A stretch of 64,000 nucleotides of DNA from Dendrobates tinctorius (lineage: Eukaryota), in NCBI RefSeq assembly GCF_039654945.1, contig NW_027361723.1, positions 2,790,001 through 2,854,000 of the forward strand, in the 5' to 3' direction. Under the pieces are notes generated by a model. The model saw only the letters and a program-made list of their open reading frames with translations, was not told where the DNA came from and did no database searches. Numbering within the stretch: the first letter of the stretch is position 1; each line of letters starts with the position of its first letter. The position numbers and the translations under genes are program-made. This document shows positions 25,145 through 37,019 of this stretch, piece by piece.

Positions 25145-28100
25145 CTATGTGTCATCAGGGGAAGGTGGGACAAAATCCTTGGAAACCCATGCATGGTTCA
25201 TTTTAATGAAGGTTAGATCATCCACATTTTGGGTTGACAGACGGGTCCTTTTTTCTGTCAGGATTGATCCAGCTGCACTGAAGACTCTTTCCGATAGCAC
25301 ACTTGCAGCTGGGCAAGCGAGCTCCTGTAAGGCATATTGGGCCAATTCAGGCCAGGTGTCCAGTTTAGTGGCCCAATAGTCAAAGGGGAATGACCTGTGT
25401 GGGAGAACATCGATATGGGAGGAAAAGTAGTTTGTAACCATAGTTGACAACTGCTGTCTCCTGTCACTTTCCATTGATGCTGTATTACCAGTTGTGTGAG
25501 CGGTACTTGAAAAATCAGTCCACAACACTGTCATGAAACCCCTGTCTCCAACGCCACTTCTGCTGTGTGCACCACGAACACCTCTGCCAAGCTGCCCCCG
25601 GCCCGTACGGCTCGTGTGAGAACCATCACCGCTGCTGTGTGCTGGGAATGCCTCAAGCAACCGATTTACCAGAGTTGCTTGTTTATTAGCCAATATTAGG
25701 TCAAGGTTCTCCTGTGGCATGATGTTTTGTAATTTGCCTTTATAGCGTGGATCCAGGATGCTGGCCAACCAGTAGTCGTCATCGTTCATCATTTTGGCAA
25801 TGCGGGGGTCCCTTTTTAGGATGCGCAAGGCATAATCTGACATGTGGGCCAATGTTCCCGGTGTCAATGATGCACTGCGAGTGCTGGTTGGAGGAGCACT
25901 TTCTGGCAAATCCACATCCCTCCAGTCACGCACAAACCCTGTACCAGACCTTGCCACGCCAACATTTTCACTTGCCCCACGAGATGCATCCTCCTCCCGT
26001 AAGTAATCATCCCCATCATCATCCTCCTCCTCCTCTTCTTCCTCCACCTCGTCCAGGAGAGGTCCCTGAGCAGACAATGGCTGAATGTCATCAAGGATTC
26101 CCTCCTCCTCTTCCTCCTCATCAACATTGGCTGCAGACGCCTGCTCCTTAAGGTGCGTCAAAGTTTGCATGAGCAGACGCATAAGTGGGATGCTCATGCT
26201 TAGGATGGCGTCGTCTGCGCTTACCAGCCGTGTGCATTCCTCAAAACACTGAAGGACTTTACAGAGGTCTTTCAGCTTCGACCACTGCACACCTGTCAAC
26301 TCCATGTCTGCTCTCAAAGTGCCTGGCCGTGTATCCTCCCACAAATGCATTATGGCCTGCCTCTGCTCGCACAGCCACTCCACCATGTGCAGGGTGGAGT
26401 TCCACCTTGTTGCAATGTCGATAATCAGGCGGTGGTTGGGAAGGTGGAGCAATCGCTGCAGCTTCTGCATACGAACGGAGTGTACAGGCGACCGGCGGAT
26501 GTGCGCGCACAGTCTTCGCACCTTCTGGAGCAGGGCTGTTAACTCCGGATAATTTTTGAGGAAGCACTGCACCACCAGGTTCAAGGTGTGAGCCAAGCAA
26601 GGTATGTGGCTGAGTTTTGAAAGGGCTATGGCTGCCACAAAATTACGGCCGTTATCACTAACTACCTTGCCTGCCTCAAGATGTACACTGCCCAGCCATG
26701 ACTCAGTTTGTCGCTGAAAGTACTCGGCCAGCACCTCGGCGGTATGTCTGTCGCCCAAACACATCATCTGCAACACAGCCTGCTGACGCTTTCCACTAGC
26801 TGCTCGATAGGGGGACACATCGTGTGCAACAGTGGCAGCTGCAGATGGAGTGCTCGTACGACTGCGCTCTGTGGACGAGCTTTCGCTTCTGGAGGAGGAG
26901 GAGGAGGAGGAGGGTGGAACGCCTACAGCCAACTGTTTCCTGTACCGTGGGCTAGGCAGCACTGTCCCACCACCGCTGTCCCCTGTGGACCCTGCATCCA
27001 CCACATTAACCCAGTGCGCAGTGATGGACACGTAATGGCCCTGGCCATGCCGACTGGACCATGCATCAGTTGTGAGGTGCACCTTTCCGCTCACTGACTG
27101 CTTGAGTGCATGGACTATGCGGTCTTTCACATGATGGTAGAGGGCTGGGATGGCTTTGCGAGAGAAGAAGTGGCGACTGGGTAGGTCATAGCGTGGTACT
27201 GCATAAGCCATGAGTTCGCGGAAAGCTGTGCTTTCCACCAACCGAAAGGGCATCATCTCAAACGAGATTAGTTTGGCAATGTGGGCGTTCAAACCCAGTG
27301 TACGCGGATGAGAGACTGAGTACTTTCTTGACCTATTCATAGTGTCTGGGAGGGTGAGCTGGACTTGAGAGCTGCATATGGTGGAAGTAGCGGTGGACAG
27401 GGCGGACTGAGAGAGGGTTGATGATGGTGATGGAGTTGGTGTTCTTTCTGATGGCCTAGAATCAGTCTTTCGTTGATATAACAGTGGGATTCCCTGACTG
27501 CTGTGGCCTTGCAACGACACCTCAACATTTGCTGCTGTGCTAACCGGTGGGCTTACAGTGGGGGAAACAATGTAGCATTGCTGACTACCTTCGTTGTGAT
27601 CAGTTGCACATGTGGCACTTGAGGTTTGGTGTTGTGTCCACCCTTGCAAGTGCATGCTGGTTAAATGTCTAAGCATGCAACTGGTTTTCAAATTTTTCAG
27701 ATTTTTCCCTCGGCTAAAGGTCTTTGCGCACTTCTTACAGATAACCTTGGCCTGATCACGAGGATTTTGTTCAAAAAAGTGCCACACTGCACTCTTCCTA
27801 CTTTGGCAGACATTTTGCGGCCTAGCACGATGTGATCTTTTGACCCTCTGGACAAGCTGTCCAGCAACTCTTTTGATGTTTGGAACCTGTCTTTGGAGTG
27901 CTCCGGGCCTGCCAGATAACAGCTGTTGCGATGTCGATGTCTGCAGTGGATGCTCCTCATCTGAGCTATTGGATGCAGCACCCTCTTCCCCCAATGGATG
28001 CCAATCTGGGTCAACAACTGGGTCATCCATCACCTCCTCTTCTATGTCATGTGCACCTTCCTCTGTGTCACCGTGTATGGTGGTATAGTGTGCGGGAAGG

Positions 28101-28687
28101 GGCACCTGAGTCTCATCAGGGTCAGAATCTGGCTCTGTACACTGCGAGGACAATGTAGTGCTCTGAGTGAATGTACCAGCAGAATCATCCATCAGCGGCT
28201 GTGCATCAGTGCACTCCATGTCAGATTCATCTTGGCCTGGGTAATTCACCATTTGACTTGATAATCCAGGCATGGTATGTGAAAACAGCTCCATGGAGTA
28301 ATCAGTAGTATGGCCTGCGTCATCCTTCAATCTTGGTTGGGGTGAAGGACACAAGGAAAGGTGTGGTTCATGAACATGAGCCTCCAATGACGACTCAGTG
28401 CTTTTACTTTTTACAACTGAATAAGAGGAGGCAATAGAGCTGGAGGCTGAGTCAGCAATGTAAGACAAAACTTTTTCCTGATGCTCTGGCTTTAAAAGCG
28501 GTTTGCCAACTCCTAGAAAACTAAGCGTTCGAGGCCTTATGTAGCCAGACGATGATGCAGGCTCAACACCTCCTGCATTCGGTCCTATTTTGCTCTTGCC
28601 ACTACCATCAGATCCACCACCAACACCATCATTACCAGCTGCCAACCCCAGCCCAATTCCACGGCCTCTTCCACCAGCCTTCCTCAT
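25145..28687 (-). CDS. hAT transposase with BED zinc finger (ZBED4/6-like), intact, 1180 aa from MRKAGG
   Basis: BED finger SAVWHFF..CKKC..LRHLTSMH. Catalytic LTTDAWS, VSDNG, CLAH, TRWNS and ASVLSERVFS. hATC dimerisation end FIKMN. Confidence 0.95.
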   Translation of the reverse strand: MRKAGGRGRGIGLGLAAGNDGVGGGSDGSGKSKIGPNAGGVEPASSSGYIRPRTLSFLGVGKPLLKPEHQEKVLSYIADSASSSIASSYSVVKSKSTESSLEAHVHEPHLSLCPSPQPRLKDDAGHTTDYSMELFSHTMPGLSSQMVNYPGQDESDMECTDAQPLMDDSAGTFTQSTTLSSQCTEPDSDPDETQVPLPAHYTTIHGDTEEGAHDIEEEVMDDPVVDPDWHPLGEEGAASNSSDEEHPLQTSTSQQLLSGRPGALQRQVPNIKRVAGQLVQRVKRSHRARPQNVCQSRKSAVWHFFEQNPRDQAKVICKKCAKTFSRGKNLKNLKTSCMLRHLTSMHLQGWTQHQTSSATCATDHNEGSQQCYIVSPTVSPPVSTAANVEVSLQGHSSQGIPLLYQRKTDSRPSERTPTPSPSSTLSQSALSTATSTICSSQVQLTLPDTMNRSRKYSVSHPRTLGLNAHIAKLISFEMMPFRLVESTAFRELMAYAVPRYDLPSRHFFSRKAIPALYHHVKDRIVHALKQSVSGKVHLTTDAWSSRHGQGHYVSITAHWVNVVDAGSTGDSGGGTVLPSPRYRKQLAVGVPPSSSSSSSRSESSSTERSRTSTPSAAATVAHDVSPYRAASGKRQQAVLQMMCLGDRHTAEVLAEYFQRQTESWLGSVHLEAGKVVSDNGRNFVAAIALSKLSHIPCLAHTLNLVVQCFLKNYPELTALLQKVRRLCAHIRRSPVHSVRMQKLQRLLHLPNHRLIIDIATRWNSTLHMVEWLCEQRQAIMHLWEDTRPGTLRADMELTGVQWSKLKDLCKVLQCFEECTRLVSADDAILSMSIPLMRLLMQTLTHLKEQASAANVDEEEEEEGILDDIQPLSAQGPLLDEVEEEEEEEDDDGDDYLREEDASRGASENVGVARSGTGFVRDWRDVDLPESAPPTSTRSASLTPGTLAHMSDYALRILKRDPRIAKMMNDDDYWLASILDPRYKGKLQNIMPQENLDLILANKQATLVNRLLEAFPAHSSGDGSHTSRTGRGQLGRGVRGAHSRSGVGDRGFMTVLWTDFSSTAHTTGNTASMESDRRQQLSTMVTNYFSSHIDVLPHRSFPFDYWATKLDTWPELAQYALQELACPAASVLSERVFSAAGSILTEKRTRLSTQNVDDLTFIKMNHAWVSKDFVPPSPDDT

Positions 28688-28756
28688 TTTTGGTAGAAAT
28701 GTAGACAAAATCCAACAAACTATATAGTATGTAAAACAAGGTACAAGGTGTCTATA

Positions 28757-29680
28757 GGACAGGGGAGATTTTGAATTTCTGCAGACACTTGTGGACACTG
28801 GACACTTTTGGATTGTGTGAGGCCCACTGATATCTGAGCGCTATGTGACAGGCTCGATGGCACAGCTGTGACCTAAGTGACTAGAGGATAAGGGAGATTT
28901 TGAATCTCTGCACACACTTTTGGACACTGGACACTTTTGGATTGTGTGAGGCCCAATGAATATCTGAGCGCTATGTGACAGGCTCGATGGCACAGCTGTG
29001 ACAAAAGTGACTAGAGGATAAGGGAGATTTTGAATCTCTGCACACACTTTTGGACACTGGACACTTTTGGATTGTGTGAGGCCCAATGAATATCTGAGCG
29101 CTATGTGACAGGCTCGATGGCACAGCTGTGACAAAAGTGACTAGAGGATAAGGGAGATTTTGAATCTCTGCACACACTTTTGGACACTGGACACTTTTGG
29201 ATTGTGTGAAGCCCAATGAATATCTGAGCGCTATGTGACAGGCTCGATGGCACAACTGTGACCTAAGTGACTAGAGGATAAGGGAGATTTTGAATCTCTG
29301 CACACACTTTTGGACACTGGACACTTTTGGATTGTGTGAGGCCCACTGATATCTGAGCGCTATGTGACAGGCTCGATGGCACAGCTGTGACAAAAGTGAC
29401 TAGAGGATAAGGGAGATTTTGAATCTCTGCACACACTTTTGGACACTGGACACTTTTGGATTGTGTGAGGCCCACTGATATCTGAGCGCTATGTGACAGG
29501 CTCGATGGCACAGCTGTGACCTAAGTGACTAGAGGATAAGGGAGATTTTGAATCTCTGCACACACTTTTGGACACTGGACACTTTTGGATTGTGTGAGGC
29601 CCAATGAATATCTGAGCGCTATTTGACAGGCTCGATGGCACAGCTGTGACCAAAGTGACTAGAGGATAAGGGAGATTGGA
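28757..29680. repeat. 130-bp tandem array (~7 copies) upstream of the copy A transposase
   Basis: tggacactgg recurs at 28921, 29051, 29181 and 29311. Confidence 0.95.
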
Positions 29681-30267
29681 TTGCTTTTAAAAAATCAGTT
29701 TGCGGAGCAGTGGGTAAACAGCAATGCCAGCCTGTCAGGAAGCCTTAAAAGGCAGCCCAACAACCAACACCACTGATACACCACAATATAGCCTCCCCTT
29801 GCACTGCAAACACAGTGACTGGTGTGTTGTGCAAGCCAAATTTCTATCAGCAGCAGAAGCAGTTTTTTTTTCTTCTCAGCAGGACAAAAAAAAAAAATTG
29901 GGATTGCTTTTAAAAAAGCAGTTTGAGGCCCAATGAATATCTGAGCGCTATGTGACAGGCTCGATGGCACAGCTGTGACCAAAGTGACTAGAGGATAAGG
30001 GAGATTGGATTGCTTTTAAAAAAGCAGTTTGCGGAGCAGTGGGTAAACAGCAATGCCAGCCTGTCAGGAAGCCTTAGAAGGCAGCCCAACAACCAACACC
30101 ACTGATACACCACTTTATAGCCTCCCCTTGCACTGCACACACAGTGACTGGTGTGTTGTGCAGGCCAAATCGCTAGCAGCAGAAGCAGTTTTTTTGTCTT
30201 CTTCCCTGCCTAACGCTTCCCTACAGAATCAGCAGCAACCTCTCCCTATACTGAGATCGGCAGAAGT

Positions 30268-30412
30268 AAGATGGCGGTCGCCGTGCACGCCCTTTTATAC
30301 CCCCTGTGACGCCCACCAAAGCAAGCCAATCACTTGCATGCCCTTCTGAAAGATGGTGGTGACCCCTGCCTATGTCATCACGTCGCCCACAGTGTCCGTG
30401 GATCCTGATTGG
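30268..30412 (-). promoter_or_regulatory. Putative hAT transposase promoter
   Basis: Minus strand has CCAAT boxes, TATAAAA (~30293-30299) and a YY1-type CCGCCATCTT just downstream. The same layout occurs at 60320-60465 and 51117-51245. Confidence 0.55.
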
Positions 30413-31729
30413 CTGAAAAAGAGCGCAAAACAAACTTTTGAAACGCGACTTTGGCGCGTAAGTCGCCGACCTCGTGGCCGACCTCATCCTAGGGTCGGGT
30501 TTCGTTTCATGAAACCCGACTTTGCTAAAAGTCGGCGACTTTTGAAATTTTTCGACCCGTTTCGCTCAACTCTAGTCAGTAGGGATCCCAGCGCCAGGAT
30601 GATGGCGGCAGAGCTGGCCTTGACGCTGGCGCCGCCGTTACACAGGTCGGTGGTGCAGCAGGAGGTGGAAGCAGAAACCCCGGAAATACCGCTGCTGCTC
30701 GGAGTGCAAGACAATGCACACGACTTAGTGATGGAAGTAACCGAGATCGCACCTACAGCGGAGAAAAGCAAATCTGATGAGCTGACCGGGATGGGAAGGG
30801 TTAAAAGCTGCTCGCAACAAGAATGTGGTTTATCCTCAGTACAAGTCACCGGCAGAAGGCTGCGTGCGGTACCTGGCACCGGTGTACACAGAGGACTAGG
30901 GGGCAACCTCTTCCTCTAGGGGAAAGAAGCTTTCATCATCACAGATGAGATTCTTTATGGCACCAGCAATGTGACTATGGATTCCTTACTGTACAAGCAA
31001 AGACACGATGGATTCTTCACTGTATGAACAGGAACTCTGCTGATTATTTACTGTACAAGCAGTGAGCCTCTGGATTCTTTACTGTCCGAGCAGTGACACT
31101 GTAGATTTTGTACTCTACAAGCAAAGACACTATGGATTCTTCACTGTATGAACAGGAACTCTGCTGATTATTTACTGTACAAGCAGTGAGACTCTGGGTT
31201 CTTTACTGTAAGAGCAGGGTGACTGTAGACGTTTCTGCTGTAACATGTTATAACCAGGTGATATAAAATGGTTACACATGTACAGTCAGTGTAGACCGGT
31301 GCTGGCTGGAGCTGAATGTACAGGACTACGACCAGAAAACCAAAATGCTGAGCTCACCGACTCCGACTGACGCTTCCACTGTCCGACAATACGTTTCTCC
31401 ATTCGTGCAGTTTGCCGCAGTCTGACAATTGGAGCTGGAACTTGCTGCTGTGCAGACATAGCATTTCAGAGAGTAAGCTGCGGGCAGAAGGGGAATCATT
31501 ACAGCGGACGTACATCACCTTCCAGTGTAGGCACAGAGGAGCGGCCTCCCGAGCAGCTGCTCCCGGCATCTACGTGGGCTCACCTATAGACATCTATACC
31601 TCTGCAAATCTAGCATGGAGGGCAGAGACAGTAACAGTGATCCACGGAGCACAGGACAACTCTGCCTACAGCTCCAATGGGAGAGTGCAGGTTATACAAG
31701 GGGCTTATGATGTTCGCTCCCCTCTCTGG

Positions 31730-33140
31730 GAGCAAATGTTGTTCCTATCTTCAAAAAGGGGAAGAAGGTGGACCCAGGTAACTATAGGCCGGTGAGTCTG
31801 ACTTCTATACCAGGAAAGATCTTTGAACAAATTATTAAACAACATGTATGTCAATACCTGGATAAGAATGAAGTGATTAAACAGAGTCAGCATGGGTTTG
31901 TAACTAATAAGTCATGTCAGACTAACTTAATTTCCTTCTATGACGGTATCACTGATTGGGTGGATCAAGGAAATGCTGTAGATATAGTATATCTTGACTT
32001 CAGCAAAGCATTTGACAAAGTCTCTCATACAATCCTTATTGAAAAAATGATTAAGTATGGAATGGACAAGGCAACTGTTAGGTGGATTCATAACTGGCTT
32101 AGTGATCGGACCCAAAGAGTGGTCGTAAATGGCTGCACATCCAGTTGGAAGAATGTCTCAAGTGGGGTACCACAGGGCTCTGTCCTGGGCCCTGTATTGT
32201 TCAACATCTTTATCAACGATTTAGATGAAGGAATTGAGGGTAAACTGATTAAATTTGCTGATGACACAAAGCTAGGAGGGATAGCTAATACTAGAGAAGA
32301 GAGAGAGAGGATTCAAAAAGATTTAAATAAACTGGAGAAGTGGGCAGCAACTAACAGAATGGTTTTTAACAGGGAGAAATGCAAAGTACTACATCTGGGC
32401 AATAAAAATGGAAAAAGCATATATAGAATGGGAGGAATAGGGCTAAGTGACAGCACATGTGAAAAAGACTTGGGTATACTAATAGATCACAGACTGAATA
32501 TGAGTCAACAGTGTGATGCAGCAGCAAAAAAGGCAAATGCAATTCTAGGATGTATTAACAGAAGCATACAGTCTAGATCACGTGAAGTCATTATTTCCCT
32601 CTACTCCTCTTTGGTCAGACCTCATCTGGAATATTGTGTCCAGTTTTGGGCACCACATTTTAAAAAAGACATCAACAAACTGGAGCAAGTTCAGAAAAGA
32701 GCGACCAGAATGGTGACCAGTCTGCAAACCCTGTCTTATGAGGAAAGGTTGCAGGATTTGGGAATGTTTAGTTTGCAAAAGAGAAGACTGAGAGGAGACT
32801 TAATAGCTGTCTACAAATATCTAAAGGGCTGTCACATTGTAGAAGGATCAACTTTATTCTCATTTGCACAAGGAAAGACTAGAAGCAATGGGATGAAACT
32901 GAATGGGAGGAGACACAGATTAGATATTAGAAAAAACTTTTTGACAGTTAGAGTGATCAATGAGTGGAACAGGCTGCCACGAGAAGTGGTGAGTTCTCCT
33001 TCAATGGAAGTCTTCAAACAGAGGCTGGACAGACATCTGACTGGGATGATTTAGCGAATCCTGCTTTGAGCAGGGGGTTGGACCAGATGGCCCAGGAGGT
33101 CCCTTCCAACTCTACGATTCTATGATTCTATGATTCTATG
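31730..33140 (+). mobile_element. CR1 LINE, 5'-truncated, RT frame open (31768-33054)
   Basis: NYRPVSLTS, YLDFSKAFD, GVPQGSVLGP, FADDTKL. Ends in an (ATTCTATG)n tail. Confidence 0.96.
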
Positions 33141-33836
33141 ATCTAATCCTATCCTGTGTGATACTGTCTGCTGAGCCGTGTATCTAATCCCATCCTGTGT
33201 GATACTGACTGCTGAGCTGTGTATCTAATCCTCTCCTGTGTGATACTGACTGCTGAGCCGTGTATCTAATCCCATCCTGTGTGATACTGACTGCTGAGCT
33301 GTGTATCTAATTCTATCCTGTGTGATACTGACTGCTGAGCCGTGTATCTAATCCTCTCCTGTGTGATACTGACTGCTGAGCTGTGTATCTAATCCTCTCC
33401 TGTGTGATACTGACTTCTGAGCCGTGTATCTAATCCTCTCCTGTGTGATACTGACTGCTGAGCCGTGTATCTAATCCTACTGTGTGCTGAGCCGTGCATC
33501 TAATCCTCTCCTGTGTGATACTGACTGCTGAGCCGTGTATCTAATCCTCTCCTGCGTGATACTGACCGCTGAGCTGTGTATCTAATCCTCTCCTGTGTGA
33601 TACTGACTTCTGAGCCGTGTATCTAATCCTCTCCTGTGTGATACTGACTGCTGAGCCGTGTATCTAATCCTACTGTGTGCTGAGCCGTGCATCTAATCCT
33701 CTCCTGTGTGATACTGACTGCTGAGCCGTGTATCTAATCCTTTCCTGTGTGATACTGACTGCTGAGCCGTGTATCTAATCCTCTCTTGCGTGATACTGTC
33801 TGCTGAGCCGTGTATCTAATCCTCTCCTGTGTGATA
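33141..33836. repeat. 41-bp satellite
   Basis: Unit atctaatcctctcctgtgtgatactgactgctgagccgtgt, about 17 units. Confidence 0.95.
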
Positions 33837-35965
33837 AAAAAGAGAATTGGAGGGATCCAATGGCTGGATATCCTTAAAGACAAAAATGTCCAGGAAGGAT
33901 GGGAAATCTTGAAAAATGAAATTCTCAAAGCACAATTGTTAACAATTCTGAAAAGAGGGAAGAATAGGAAGCATTTAAGGAAGCCAGGATGGATGAACAC
34001 AGAACTTAAGCACATGCTAAAAAGGAAGAAAAAAATGTTTATAAAATGGAAAGAGGGAGGCATATCTAAAGAAGAATATAATGCTGTCTGCAGAACCTGC
34101 AGGGAACAAATCAGATTATCTAAAGCTGACAATGAATTGAGGCTTGCAAGAGATGTCAAAAGCAATAATAAAGGATTTTGGGGATATGTCAAAAGTAAAA
34201 GAAAAGTCAAAGATGCTATAGGATTTTTACAGGATGAAAATGATGAAATGGTAAGACAGGATGTTGAGAAGGCTGAACTTTTAAATTCCTATTTTGCATC
34301 TGTTTTCTCTCAGAAAGGAAATGTAACATCAACTGTTCTTCACTGTCCTATTAAGGGAATAGAAGAATCCAGGATATCTATAAACAGAAATATAGTGAGG
34401 AAACACTTAGCTAACCTAAATGAATTCAAGTCACCAGGTCCAGATGAATTACACCCCTACACCCCAGAGTACTGAAGGAGATAGCAGAAGAAATTTCTGA
34501 ACCCCTCTCCATAATATTTGAAAATTCTTGGAGAACAGGAGAAGTCCCAGAAGACTGGAGAAGAGCAAATGTTGTTCCTATCTTCAAAAAGGGGAAGAAG
34601 GTGGACCCAGGCAACTATAAGCCGGTGAGTCTGACTTCTATACCAGGAAAGATCTTTGAACAAATTATTAAACAACATGTATGTCAGTACCTGGATAAGA
34701 ATGAAGTGATTAAACAGAGTCAGCATGGGTTTGTAACTAATAAGTCATGTCAGACTAACTTAATTTCCTTCTATGATGGAATCACTGATTGGGTGGATCA
34801 AGGAAATGCTGTAGATATAGTATATCTTGACTTCAGCAAAGCATTTGACAAAGTCTCTCATACAATCCTTATTGAAAAAATGACTAAGTATGGAATGGAC
34901 AAGGCAACTGTTAGGTGGATTCATAACTGGCTTAGTGATCGGACCCAAAGAGTGGTCGTAAATGGCTGCACATCCAGTTGGAAGAATGTCTCAAGTGGGG
35001 TACCACAGGGCTCTGCCCTGGGCCCTGTATTGTTCAACATCTTTATCAACGATTTAGATGAAGGAATTGAGGGTAAACTGATTAAATTTGCTGATGACAC
35101 AAAGCTAGGAGGGATAGCTAATACTAGAGAAGAGAGAGAGAGGATTCCAAAAGCTATAAATAAACTGGAGAAGTGGGCAGCAACAAACAGAATGGTTTTT
35201 AACAGGGAAAAATGCAAAGTACTACATCTGGGCAATAAAAATGAAAAAAGCATATACAGAATAGGAGGAATAGGGCTAAGCAACAGCACATGTGAAAAAG
35301 ACTTGGGCATACTAATAGATCACAGACTGAATATGAGTCAACAGTGTGATGCAGCAGCAAAAAAGGCAAATGCAATTCTAGGATGTATTAACAGAAGCAT
35401 ACAGTCTAGATCACGTGAAGTCATTATTTCCCTCTACTCCTCTTTGGTCAGACCTCATCTGGAATATTGTGTCCAGTTTTGGGCACCACATTTTAAAAAT
35501 GACATCAACAAACTGGAGCAAGTTCAGAAAAGAGCGACCAGAATGGTGACCGGTCTGCAAACCCTGTCTTATGAGGAAAGGTTGTAGGATTTGGGAATGT
35601 TTAGTTTACAAAAGAGAAGACTGAGAGGAGACTTAATAGCTGTCTACAAATATCTAAAGGGCTGTCACATTGTAGAAGGATCAACTTTATTCTCATTTAC
35701 ACAAGGAAAGACTAGAAGCAATGGGATGAAACTGAATGGGAGGAGACACAGATTAGATATTAGAAAAAACTTTTTGACAGTTAGAGTGATCAATGAGTGG
35801 AACAAGCTGCCACAAGAAGTGGTGAGTTCTCCTTCAATGGAAGTCTTCAAACAGAGGCTGGACAGACATCTGACTGGGATGATTTAGCGAATCCTGCTTT
35901 GAGCAGGGGGTTGGACCAGATGGCCCAGGAGGTCCCTTCCAACTCTACGATTCTATGATTCTATG
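33837..35965 (+). mobile_element. CR1 LINE, same subfamily as 31730, longer 5' end, disabled
   Basis: Near-identical RT. An 8-bp duplication tacacccc (~34452-34465) causes a frameshift and there is a TAG stop at 35585-35587. Ends in an (ATTCTATG)n tail. Confidence 0.96.
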
Positions 35966-36296
35966 ATACTGACTGCTGAGCTGTGTATCTAATCCTCTCC
36001 TGTGTGATACTGACTGCTGAGCCGTGTATCTAATCCTCTCCTGTGTGATATTGACTGCTCAGCCGTGTATCTAATCCTCTCCTATGTGATACTGACTGCT
36101 GAGCCGTGTATCTAATCCTCTCCTGTGTGATACTGACTGCTGAGCCGTGTATCTAATCCTCTCCTGTGTGATACTGACTGCTGAGCCGTGTATCTAATCC
36201 TCTCCTGTGTGATACTGACTGCTGAGCCGTGTATCTAATCCTACTGTGTGCTGAGCCGTGCATCTAATCCTCTCCTGTGTGATACTGACTGCTGAG
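35966..36296. repeat. 41-bp satellite (continuation)
   Basis: Same unit as 33141-33836. Confidence 0.95.
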
Positions 36297-37019
36297 TAGT
36301 GTTGAGCGATACCTTCCGATATAGGGAAATATCGGATCGGACTGATACCCACAAAGTATCGGATATCGCCGATTCCGATACCGGAAACCAATGCAAGTCA
36401 ATGGGACAGAAATATCGGAATTAAAATAAACCCTTTCTTTCCTTGTAGGTTAATTCTACATGAAGGAAAACAACTAATAATAATGTAGAATGTATTGGGG
36501 GAGGTGGAGGAGACATTAAAGCCATAGAGATTTAGCCCAATCAAATGGAATAGCAGGAATTTTTTTTTTTTTAGACGTTCAGAGTTACAAAGATATTGAC
36601 TATGTTAACCTTTTTAATATTTTGTCAGATATGTATGTTTCACTACTTCTATGCTCTTCTCCTTCTTTTTTACTTCTCCCACACTTTCTCCTTCATGATC
36701 CTCAGCAGCAGCATCTTTTTCATCAACTTCTTCTTCACCTTATTCATCTTCTTTTTCTTCACTTTCTTCCTATTATTCTTTTTATGTTACATTCTTCATC
36801 TTCTTCCTATTCTTCTTCTTCATCATATTCTTATTTGTGACAGGCATTCCTGTAGTTGTTATCTATAAAAGTTTGGAGATTACACCAGCCGTTCTGCCTG
36901 TCACAAAAGATTTACAACAGGATTTGTCCGCGTTCAGTTCGGCCTGCAGCAGCAGGCATTTTCCAGGGGCACCACAAGGAGGAACGGACTCACCCCCATA
37001 CACTGCTTAATCTTCTTCT

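Larger units (their letters stand above)
21895..30574 (-). mobile_element. Full-length hAT transposon family 1, copy A (8.7 kb)
   Basis: TAGAGTTGAGCGA...TCGCTCAACTCTA terminal inverted repeats (TIRs). TSD GTCAGGAG/GTCAGTAG (7/8). Single long transposase ORF. Confidence 0.96.
21862..31477 (-). pseudogene. Ly6/uPAR (LY6E-like) three-finger protein gene; exons 31358-31477 and 30575-30752 + 21862-21886; interrupted by hAT, signal-peptide exon not found
   Basis: Spliced translation (A)YSLKCYVCTAASSSSNCQTAANCTNGETYCRTVEASVGV/GAISVTSITKSCALSCTPSSSGISGVSASTSCCTTDLCNGGASVKASSAAIILALGSLLT[hAT]ILKSSVL*. It has 10 Cys with CCxxDLCN, phase-1 GT-AG junctions and AATAAA at 21825-21830 (minus). Confidence 0.9.

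Noticed and set aside
25145-28798. Domesticated ZBED host gene; 1217-aa start
   Set aside because: It is flanked by TIRs and a TSD and has a second dispersed copy, so it is a transposon. The extra 37 codons come from the 130-bp array.
31584-31729. Candidate Ly6 signal-peptide exon upstream of the GTGAG donor at 31583
   Set aside because: The required phase has a TAG stop four codons upstream of the donor, leaving only ATG-TCT-ATA and no hydrophobic leader.
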